DNA of 64,000 nt from Bacteroidota bacterium. Its GTDB lineage: Bacteria > Bacteroidota > Bacteroidia > UBA7662. A program made the position numbers and the translations under genes. Below, piece by piece: positions 9,624-17,010 of the stretch; position 1 is the first letter of the stretch; every line of letters begins with the position of its first letter. Below the pieces are notes generated by a model. It searched no databases, had not been told where the DNA came from, and saw nothing but the letters and a program-made list of their open reading frames with translations. The DNA lies in the NCBI GenBank assembly GCA_005799065.1, contig SYHW01000037.1, positions 18,575 to 82,574 of the forward strand, read 5' to 3'.

Positions 9624-10685
9624 GTGCGCACCATCGAACCCGCACAACTGAGTATTCCTCAACTGCAGGGGCTCCTTCAAGGGGCCATAGCCCCGCGTCC
9701 TATTGCATTTGTGGCCACATGCGACAGTCGAGGGGCCGTGAATCTGAGTCCATTCAGTTTCTACAATCTATTCAGTGCGCATCCGCCCGTTCTCATTTTC
9801 TCACCAGCCCTCAGGGCCCGCGATGGGAGTAGTAAGCATACCCTCGAAAACCTCCGAGAGGTGCCCGAATGCACCGTCAATGGGGTGACCCACGCCATGG
9901 TCCAACAAACGTCATTGGCCAGCAGCGAGTACCCCCGCGGGGTCGACGAATTTGTTAAATCGGGATGCACACCGATTCCTTCCACTCAGGTAGCGCCCCC
10001 GCGCGTGGCCGAGTCGCCGGTGCAAATGGAGTGCCGTGTCATCGAAATCAAGGCCCTTGGCCAGGGTCCGGGTGCAGGAAATCTGGTTATTTGTGAAATT
10101 GTTCTGATGCACATCAATGAAGGTATTTTCAATGAACAGGGAAGCATCGACCCGTTCAAATCGGATTGGGTGGCCCGCTTAGGGGGCGATTGGTATGCCC
10201 GCAGCAGCCAAGGGCTGTTTACCGTGCCCAAACCACTCAGCACATTAGGGATCGGGGTCGATGCCCTGCCGCATTCGGTCCGTAGGTCAACTGTCCTCAC
10301 AGGAAATGACCTTGGATTGCTCGGTAATTTGGAAAAGCTCCCCGCCCCCGAAGACTGCAAAAAAGCCCGATCAAAGATGAAGTTAGACCCTATTTTAGGG
10401 GATGACTACAACGTGACGGGGGATGACCATAACGTGACGGGGGATGACCATAACGTGACGCAGGATGACTACAGCATGACGGGGGATGACCATAACGTGA
10501 CGCAGGATGACTACAGCATGACGGGGGAGAAAAAAAACGTGACAGGGGAGGATCAAACATTAGTGGAAGCGCATCTCATGCACAAACAGGAGCGCGTACA
10601 TCGCCTCGCACAAAAGTGGATTGCCGACGGCCATGTACAGAATGCGTTGGCCCTATTGATGGCCTATGAGATGGAAAGCGAATGA
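9624..10685 (+). CDS. Flavin reductase-like (FMN-binding split-barrel) protein with repeat-bearing C-terminal extension
   Basis: The N-terminal region (AIAPRPIAFVATCDSRGAVNLSPFSFYN) is typical of the flavin reductase domain family. It has a GTG start one base after the FAH stop. The C-terminal part contains seven heptad repeats. Confidence 0.75.
   Translation: MRTIEPAQLSIPQLQGLLQGAIAPRPIAFVATCDSRGAVNLSPFSFYNLFSAHPPVLIFSPALRARDGSSKHTLENLREVPECTVNGVTHAMVQQTSLASSEYPRGVDEFVKSGCTPIPSTQVAPPRVAESPVQMECRVIEIKALGQGPGAGNLVICEIVLMHINEGIFNEQGSIDPFKSDWVARLGGDWYARSSQGLFTVPKPLSTLGIGVDALPHSVRRSTVLTGNDLGLLGNLEKLPAPEDCKKARSKMKLDPILGDDYNVTGDDHNVTGDDHNVTQDDYSMTGDDHNVTQDDYSMTGEKKNVTGEDQTLVEAHLMHKQERVHRLAQKWIADGHVQNALALLMAYEMESE
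10398..10544 (+). repeat. 21-bp x7 in-frame tandem repeat (GDDHNVT / QDDYSMT heptads) with a 42-bp higher-order unit
   Basis: Units at 10398, 10419, 10440, 10461, 10482, 10503 and 10524. Units 3+4 are repeated exactly as units 5+6. Confidence 0.95.
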
Positions 10686-10696
10686 AAAAATTCGTT

Positions 10697-12448
10697 TTAG
10701 CTTCTTAACTCCTGTTCGATTTGGTCGAATCGACGTTTCATACCTTTTTGAGCCTCGGTGAACGACTCCTCAGGCCCAAATGCCTGGTTTAGGCTGATGT
10801 AGTATTTAATTTTCGGTTCAGTTCCCGACGGACGTGCGGAAATAATGCCCCCCGATTCGGTGATCAATTGAAGTACATTCGATTTAGGGAGATCAATGGG
10901 CGTTTCAGCGCCCGTTCGAAGGTCTTTTTCCATCCGTGTTAAAAAGTCGCGTACGCCAATCACGGCCTCACCGCCCAGGTTGGTGGGTGGATTTGACCTG
11001 AATTTCTTCATCAGCTCAGCGATCTGTTCAGCACCTTCTTTACCTTTCAGCGTGACCGAAATGAGCGTTTCCAGGAACAGGCCATGTCGGCGGTAAACAT
11101 CCATCAACACCTCATACAGGGATTGACCACGCGAATGATAGTAGGCCGCCATTTCAGCAATCATCAAACAGGCGCCCACAGCGTCTTTGTCGCGCACATG
11201 CTCACCCACCAGGTAACCATAGCTCTCTTCGCAGCCTGCGATATAGGTCTTTTGCCCCTCACGTTCTGTCATGACAGCACCGATGTATTTAAAGCCAGTG
11301 AGGGTATTGAGGCATTCCACTCCCTTCTCCGCAGCAAGACGGTCGATCAAGTAGGACGTTACTATGGTTTTCACCACATATTCGTTGCCGGTTAGTCGGC
11401 CTTGTTCGCGCCATTGCTCCAGCAAATACTCGAACAGCAATACACCGGTTTGGTTGCCATTCAACAGCATAAAATTTCCCTCAGGATCACGAACAGCGGC
11501 ACCAACGCGATCGGCGTCGGGATCGGTAGCCAGAACCAAATGTGCAGACTCATCCTCGCCCAGTTTCAACGCCATGGTGAGCGCTTCCTGTTCTTCTGGA
11601 TTGGGATAAATCACCGTAGGGAAATTGCCATCGGGCGTACGCTGTTCAGCAACAGTAAACACGTTTTGATAGCCCGCTTCTTTGAGCAGGCGGGGCACCA
11701 ATTCCACGCCTGTGCCATGAATGGGCGAATAGACAATGCGCAAATTAGGGGCATCAACGGGGGCCTCCGGACGAAGGCGCAGTGCCAGGGACGCGTCAAT
11801 AAATTGCCGGTCCATTTCGGCACCCAAAATTGTGATCAGTTCCGGACGACCGACGAACCGAATGTCCTTGACATCGGCAATCGCCTGTACCGCAGAAATG
11901 ATACCTTGGTCGTGGGGCGGAAGAATTTGACAGCCATCAGACCAGTAGACTTTATAACCACTGTATTCTTTAGGATTATGAGATGCGGTAAGCATAACGC
12001 CACCCACACAACCGAGCGCGCGGATGGCGAATGACAGTTCTGGCGTCGGACGGAGGTCTTCGAAAAAATGCACCAGGATTCCGTTGGCACTGAATACGTT
12101 GGCCACCAACGAAGCAAACGCACGCGCATTGTTGCGGCTATCGTGCGCCAATGCCACCGACAACCCACCTTGGGGGAATTGGGCGTTTAAATAGTTGCAC
12201 AAGCCTTGTGTGGCTGCGCCCAAGGTATAGCGGTTTACCCGATTGGTGCCCACACCCATGATGCCCCGTAATCCACCCGTTCCGAATTCCAGATCACAAT
12301 AAAAAGCATCGGTTAAAGCCTTGGTGTCACCGCCATCGATCAGTGCCTGCACCTCGCTTCGGGTGTTTTCGTCGTATTGCTCGCTGGTCCATTGTAGGGC
12401 GCGTTCCAAAATTAAAGGGTCGATAATCGGCATAGGTTGAAGGGTCAT
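10697..12448 (-). CDS. Phosphoglucomutase/phosphomannomutase family phospho-sugar mutase
   Basis: Active-site loop TASHNPKEYSGYKV, with the four-domain length (583 aa) and GTGGLRG near the N-terminus. Confidence 0.9.
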   Translation of the reverse strand: MTLQPMPIIDPLILERALQWTSEQYDENTRSEVQALIDGGDTKALTDAFYCDLEFGTGGLRGIMGVGTNRVNRYTLGAATQGLCNYLNAQFPQGGLSVALAHDSRNNARAFASLVANVFSANGILVHFFEDLRPTPELSFAIRALGCVGGVMLTASHNPKEYSGYKVYWSDGCQILPPHDQGIISAVQAIADVKDIRFVGRPELITILGAEMDRQFIDASLALRLRPEAPVDAPNLRIVYSPIHGTGVELVPRLLKEAGYQNVFTVAEQRTPDGNFPTVIYPNPEEQEALTMALKLGEDESAHLVLATDPDADRVGAAVRDPEGNFMLLNGNQTGVLLFEYLLEQWREQGRLTGNEYVVKTIVTSYLIDRLAAEKGVECLNTLTGFKYIGAVMTEREGQKTYIAGCEESYGYLVGEHVRDKDAVGACLMIAEMAAYYHSRGQSLYEVLMDVYRRHGLFLETLISVTLKGKEGAEQIAELMKKFRSNPPTNLGGEAVIGVRDFLTRMEKDLRTGAETPIDLPKSNVLQLITESGGIISARPSGTEPKIKYYISLNQAFGPEESFTEAQKGMKRRFDQIEQELRS

Positions 12449-12477
12449 TGGGATTTTGATCGGAAGTGATTGCTCCT

Positions 12478-13077
12478 TTACGATTGGGGATTTTGCTCGG
12501 AGTTGATGGCTCCTTCCTCAGCGGGATCAATGGTTGATGTTTGCTCGAGAATGCTTTTTAGATTGTTCAAGCCGTTTTGAAGGTCGCGCCCAATGGATCC
12601 TTCCAAATCCATCAGCACCAAAAACAGGTTCATGGGGTAGGGCATCGACCCCGTCATTCCCCATTCCACTTCCGTGCTGCCAGAGGCATCGGCACGGGTC
12701 GACATCCAACCGTCGCTTTCCGATTCGAACGGACGGAGGAACCGGATTTTATGGCTGACCCGCTTCCCCTCCTCAATGCCAACGATTTGCTGTTCGCCAG
12801 CGCCAACTGAGTCGATCGGACTATCCCAGCGCATCAGAAAGCCCACAGTTCCGTCGGTCCCCTCAAATTCAACCTTCATTTTGGGGTCCATCTTCGCCCA
12901 AACGCTGTAAAGTCCCTGGTTTTTGAGCTGAGCAACAAAAGAAAAAACCGAATCTGAAGGTAAGTCAACATATACCTGTCGTTTCACTTCATAGGTTTTT
13001 GGAATAAACAGGGCAGAAAGTAGGGCAATGCCCACAACAAATAAAACCAGTAACAATAGGTACTTCAGGAATTTCAT
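12478..13077 (-). CDS. SRPBCC-superfamily protein with N-terminal membrane anchor
   Basis: 199 aa with a hydrophobic N-terminus (LLLLVLFVVGIALLSALF) followed by a START/polyketide-cyclase-like pattern. The call is by general resemblance only. Confidence 0.5.
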   Translation of the reverse strand: MKFLKYLLLLVLFVVGIALLSALFIPKTYEVKRQVYVDLPSDSVFSFVAQLKNQGLYSVWAKMDPKMKVEFEGTDGTVGFLMRWDSPIDSVGAGEQQIVGIEEGKRVSHKIRFLRPFESESDGWMSTRADASGSTEVEWGMTGSMPYPMNLFLVLMDLEGSIGRDLQNGLNNLKSILEQTSTIDPAEEGAINSEQNPQS

Positions 13078-13169
13078 GGGGAAAGGGGTTTGCGTTCGTT
13101 ACAGAAAAGACCAACGTTTGCATCCGAATGAGACCAACAACTAAATGGGTGGTCAGCCTCGGGCAACCA

Positions 13170-13177
13170 CAAATATA
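13170..13177 (-). promoter_or_regulatory. Candidate -7 box TATATTTG upstream of the SRPBCC gene
   Basis: The reverse complement of caaatata is an exact TAnnTTTG match. It lies just downstream of the NOS stop and about 90 nt upstream of ATG 13077. Confidence 0.35.
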
Positions 13178-13183
13178 AGGAAA

Positions 13184-14332
13184 TTAAAGGGCAGCTAAAC
13201 GTTCTGGAAGCGGGCCTCGGTAGTAGAAATTAGGACTCAAGACCTCGTTGTTGAGATTCATATGAAAAATGGGGCATGCAGACCCACTCATTGGCGGTAC
13301 CAACCACGACCAATCGCCCTGTACACTTCGTCCCTTTTTACCTTCGGTTTGTATGAATTTCATGAATTGTTCGCTCGCCGTGTGGTGGTCGACCATCCGT
13401 ACACCATCCGATTCAAAAGAATGGAGGACAGCCCGGTTCAGTTCTACCAATGACCGATCCTTCCACAGGCTGGCTGCTGTTCGTGTGTCCAATCCGAACA
13501 GCTTGGCCACATCCGGCAGGCAATTGTAGCGGTTGGCATCGCCCAAATTTCGGCTTCCAATTTCAGTTCCCATATACCATCCATTGAAGGGAGCTGCGGG
13601 GTATTGCAAGCCTCCAATTTCGAGCAGCATATCACAGATGATGGGTACGGCATACCAACGGAGGCCTAGAGCCGAAAAATCAGCACAGTCGGGGTGTCTG
13701 ATCGGCACTTCCAGGATCCATTCGTTGCGCGGCGCACGGTAGTGCCAATCGCCTCCGGGTAGTTTCCATATCCAGGGCAATACATCGAATCGACCCGGAG
13801 GAGTTGCCGGCTTCCACCCCAAACTTTGACAGAATCGGGTAAAGCCCACTTCATTCGGGTCGCCCAGACATACACCTTCTTCCACCGCATAGCCTGCATA
13901 ACGGATCAGCTGGTGATTGGCCAGACTGAGGATCTGTTCGGGTCGGTCGGGATGTGCAGGGGCGAAAATGCTCACCAGTGGGCGAATTGCTCCTTGGTTG
14001 GTGGCGTATTTCAGATGATTGCCTAAGGCGTCGAACACGGCATCGTTTGTGTTGATGTGCCGCACATCGCGTACTTTAAGCGATTTCCAAAAAAGCCGAC
14101 CAATGCAGCGGTTGCTGTTGCGCCATGCCATACGCGCACCATGTTCCAGTTCGAGTGACAAATGTTGATAGGTGCCCGTCGATTCTATTTCGATGCGAAT
14201 GTCTTGGATTCGCTGGTTTACCGCTTCAGCGCGTCCAGTTTCTGAATAACAGCGGCCAATAAAATCAGCGGCTGCGGGTAAGAGATCATGGGAACGGGGG
14301 AATTCACTGCGGTGCATGGGACAGGTGTACAA
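13184..14332 (-). CDS. nos: Bacterial nitric-oxide synthase, oxygenase domain only (bNOS)
   Basis: Near-collinear match to the Bacillus-type bNOS pattern: ELEHGARMAWRNSNRCIGRLFW (heme-thiolate Cys), HQLIRYAGY, PFNGWYMGTEIGSRNL, LWKDRSLVELNRAVLHSF, VDHHTASEQF, GDWSWLVPP. There is no reductase domain. Confidence 0.9.
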   Translation of the reverse strand: MYTCPMHRSEFPRSHDLLPAAADFIGRCYSETGRAEAVNQRIQDIRIEIESTGTYQHLSLELEHGARMAWRNSNRCIGRLFWKSLKVRDVRHINTNDAVFDALGNHLKYATNQGAIRPLVSIFAPAHPDRPEQILSLANHQLIRYAGYAVEEGVCLGDPNEVGFTRFCQSLGWKPATPPGRFDVLPWIWKLPGGDWHYRAPRNEWILEVPIRHPDCADFSALGLRWYAVPIICDMLLEIGGLQYPAAPFNGWYMGTEIGSRNLGDANRYNCLPDVAKLFGLDTRTAASLWKDRSLVELNRAVLHSFESDGVRMVDHHTASEQFMKFIQTEGKKGRSVQGDWSWLVPPMSGSACPIFHMNLNNEVLSPNFYYRGPLPERLAAL

Positions 14333-14399
14333 TCGATGGCTACCCCTTTAAACCTGATTCATGATGGAATTGTTTGTGGGCCGATCAGTTATTTTGGCT

Positions 14400-14525
14400 C
14401 TCCAAAGGTTGTTTTTCGCTTGATGATTGGGAATGTTGAGACCCTAAGTGTGGTTTTTTCTTGGATGATTGGGAATTTTGGGGCCCCTAAGGGTCGTTTT
14501 TTGATGGATGATTGGGAAATTGGCG
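14400..14525. repeat. Three degenerate ~42-bp tandem units sharing the core GATGATTGGGAA
   Basis: The core occurs at 14422, 14464 and 14507. The third unit contains the last ~13 codons and the stop codon of the GT-C gene; units 1 and 2 fill the gap to the NOS start. Confidence 0.85.
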
Positions 14526-16169
14526 CCCGAAAATGGTTCTCAGACCTACAATGATCGGTTCATCGGGAAGGTCATCCTTGTGGATGCTCCACGCGATCGG
14601 CGTTGTTTTTCGGGATTCGAAACGCATGGACGTCGGCATACTTCGTGCCTGGAGTGTATCGATCGACCCGGCCTCCGGTTTGCTGCTGCACAAAACCCAT
14701 CGGAATGGAAAATCGGGGTGTAGTTGGTCCATCACATAATCAGTAGGGTTTATTACCCAAACTACCAAGAGCAGGCTGTCGGGGTGATGTGCGCTGCGCC
14801 TGCTTATTTGTTGTATGTGCAACAATTCAGGGCTCTGAAGGTGATCGCTCTCAATATAGGAAATGCCTCGATCACCGACGGATAACCATTGAGCCCGCGG
14901 TCCTTCGGCACCGAATACCACAACCGAATGGTGTTGCCACTGTGCATGCCGTTGCCAAAGATCGTATTGGGTGCCACGAATACCGGCGGTGGTCACCAAT
15001 CCCGTTGTTTTACCCGTGTGAAATTGAAATAAAGCGGCATCCTGAAAGGAGCCCGTAAACAAAGCGGGTCGGTCGTCAACCATACGTGCCATGGCGGTAT
15101 ATAAGGGATCGGGTCGACTGAGGCGGGCTACTCGGTTGCCTGAGTCGGTAAAAAGCCACAGCCTCAGGGCAAACACAACCAACAAACTGGGTCCGGTGTA
15201 ACGTAGAATGAATCGACGGAAATGTACATGTTCTTCGGCGCCGCGCACAAACAGCCACAGCATCGGTATGGTGGCGGATACGGTCCAGTGCGGTTCAGTA
15301 TGTCCCCTCAGCGACAACAATCCATAAAAGATCAACATCCCCAGCAAGGAAAAGCGCATAGCGCGGTTCATCGGATCGGACTGTGTATTGGGTCGCCAAT
15401 CGAGCATGAATAGAGCCAGAAGATTGAAGGGATGGAACACAGCCAACTGATTGGGCAAATATTGCCAGATGTAGTCCCAATGAATTCCCTCGGTTCGGTG
15501 CCCCAGGTGAAAGCGGAAGGTCACGAAGTCGTGTCGATACTGCCAATAGAGGTGGGGCATCAAGAGGATCAAAGTGGCGGTCGAAGCGATGATCCACGAA
15601 CGATTACTCATGAGTTTGGGATGCGCCGCCAGCGCAAGGACTACTTGTATGGCGCCGAGGTACTTGCTGTAGGCCATGCCCGTGAGTGCAAGACACAGCC
15701 AGGCTGCGTTGCTCAGCTCTGATCCTCCCTGCACCAAAATCCGGCGGTAAACGAGCCAAAACAAGGCTGTAAAGCCAAGCAAGGGCATGTCGGGTGTGGT
15801 GATGAAGCCGTAGAGCTGCATCATGGGGAGTGAGGCCATCAATATGCCCATGATGTGTGCTTGTCTTCTACCCGGAGTTGGCTCCGTGCGCACCAATCGC
15901 CAAACCAACAGCCAAAATAGGGGATGCAGCAAAACGGTGCCCAACCTGAGGCCCATGATTCCGCCGAGAAAATACCCGCCCGCCCGAATCAGCAGGGCTA
16001 TCATCGGTGGGTGATCGAAATAGCCCCAATCGAGCGTCTGACTGAATTGGTGGTAATAGGCCTCATCGGGGTGTAGGCCCGTGTATCGAGCCTGAACAGC
16101 GCCAAAAATCGACCCAATCAGTACATAAAAATAGAATATATGGTTTCCGTTACGCCAGTCGAATCGCAT
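14487..16169 (-). CDS. GT-C fold glycosyltransferase, family 39 / ArnT-PMT_2-like integral membrane protein
   Basis: 560 aa and polytopic. The first-loop motif LHPDEAYYHQFSQTLDWGYFDHPPM is typical of polyprenyl-phosphate-sugar dependent GT39/83 enzymes. Confidence 0.8.
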   Translation of the reverse strand: MRFDWRNGNHIFYFYVLIGSIFGAVQARYTGLHPDEAYYHQFSQTLDWGYFDHPPMIALLIRAGGYFLGGIMGLRLGTVLLHPLFWLLVWRLVRTEPTPGRRQAHIMGILMASLPMMQLYGFITTPDMPLLGFTALFWLVYRRILVQGGSELSNAAWLCLALTGMAYSKYLGAIQVVLALAAHPKLMSNRSWIIASTATLILLMPHLYWQYRHDFVTFRFHLGHRTEGIHWDYIWQYLPNQLAVFHPFNLLALFMLDWRPNTQSDPMNRAMRFSLLGMLIFYGLLSLRGHTEPHWTVSATIPMLWLFVRGAEEHVHFRRFILRYTGPSLLVVFALRLWLFTDSGNRVARLSRPDPLYTAMARMVDDRPALFTGSFQDAALFQFHTGKTTGLVTTAGIRGTQYDLWQRHAQWQHHSVVVFGAEGPRAQWLSVGDRGISYIESDHLQSPELLHIQQISRRSAHHPDSLLLVVWVINPTDYVMDQLHPDFPFRWVLCSSKPEAGSIDTLQARSMPTSMRFESRKTTPIAWSIHKDDLPDEPIIVGLRTIFGRQFPNHPSKNDP

Positions 16170-16178
16170 AGCGGATCA
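15979..16178. repeat. Copy A of a ~198-bp direct repeat (the authentic 5' end of the GT39 gene plus 9 bp upstream)
   Basis: Aligns base for base with 16813..17010. By eye the copies differ by 8 substitutions and one 2-bp indel. Confidence 0.9.
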
Positions 16179-16198
16179 AAATAAAGGAAAATGAATTA

Positions 16199-16651
16199 TT
16201 AGTTCTGTATCAATTTGATGGAACGAACAATAACATCTCCATTGGCCAACACTGCTTTTGCCCGGATGGTGTAAATGCCTGCGGGCCATTCCGTGGGAAG
16301 GAACATGCGTTGACGGCCCCAGGAGGTACCCGATGCATTGGTTGCATACGCTTGTAGATAGTAAACTGATCCTGAATCCAATCCCGTTAACTGGCTGGTA
16401 AACGAGCCCGTGCCTGTACCATCGTTGGTAACAGAATTGGCAGTAGTGGGGTTGGACGTTTTGGCATACACAGCGCCTTTCGCGGTAATGCCAATTCCAG
16501 CAGTAACATTGCCACCTGTTGTGCAAGAGGTCGATGTAAACAAAGTGGGCACTGTTGTGGTAATCCCTGATGGCACTTGGGCAATAATTAGTCGAAAAAA
16601 TGGTATTTTTAAAAGTATTGTAACAATTATTAACTTAATAATAAATTTCAT
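16199..16651 (-). CDS. Small secreted protein with T9SS C-terminal sorting domain
   Basis: 150 aa. It has an N-terminal signal-like segment and one copy of the Bacteroidota surface-protein module (TDGTGTGSFTSQLTGLDSGSVYYLQAYATNASGTSWG). It ends in a Por/T9SS-type tail (GIYTIRAKAVLANGDVIVRSIKLIQN). The 5' end and flank are AT-rich. Confidence 0.7.
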   Translation of the reverse strand: MKFIIKLIIVTILLKIPFFRLIIAQVPSGITTTVPTLFTSTSCTTGGNVTAGIGITAKGAVYAKTSNPTTANSVTNDGTGTGSFTSQLTGLDSGSVYYLQAYATNASGTSWGRQRMFLPTEWPAGIYTIRAKAVLANGDVIVRSIKLIQN

Positions 16652-16812
16652 GATGATGAGCGTTGTTTCTGATCATAAATATAAGTATTTGTCAATTATC
16701 TCTTTGTTAATGTAACATGATAATTGGTGGTGTCTATTGATTTGTATAGGTCCATGCCTATTGTGAAGGAGGTTAATCAGGCCAATCACGCCCTTCATCG
16801 ATTCATGCTCCC

Positions 16813-17010
16813 CCCGCCCGAATCAGCAGGGTAATCATCGGTGGGTGATCGAAATAGCCCCAATCGAGCGTCAGACCGAATTGGTGGTAATAGGCCTCAT
16901 CGGGGTGTAGGCCCGTGTATCGGGCCTGAACAGCGCCAAAAATCGACCCAATCAGTACGTAAAATTAGAATATGGTTTCCGTTACGCCAGTCGAATCGCA
17001 TGGCGGATCA
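16813..17010 (-). pseudogene. Copy B: frameshifted fragment of the GT39 gene 5' end
   Basis: It keeps an ATG at 17001, 6 nt after the stop of the upstream GT-C gene. A 2-bp deletion relative to copy A gives MRFDWRNGNHILILR... and an early stop. Confidence 0.85.

Noticed and set aside
10398-10544. Possibility that the tandem arrays (here, 14400-14525, 24864-24941 and 42667-42755) are CRISPR arrays
   Set aside because: The units are contiguous with no unique spacers, and the unit lengths (13-42 bp) and degeneracy do not fit. No cas genes are present in the window.
14288-14554. 88-aa plus-strand ORF with repeated MIGN peptides
   Set aside because: The apparent peptide repeat is simply the translation of the 42-bp DNA repeat. 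The ORF overlaps the NOS start and the GT39 stop on the other strand.
16179-16812. The cassette between the 198-bp repeats as an insertion sequence
   Set aside because: It has no transposase ORF and no terminal inverted repeats, and the flanking duplication is far too long for a target-site duplication. It is kept as an unexplained cassette rather than called a mobile element.
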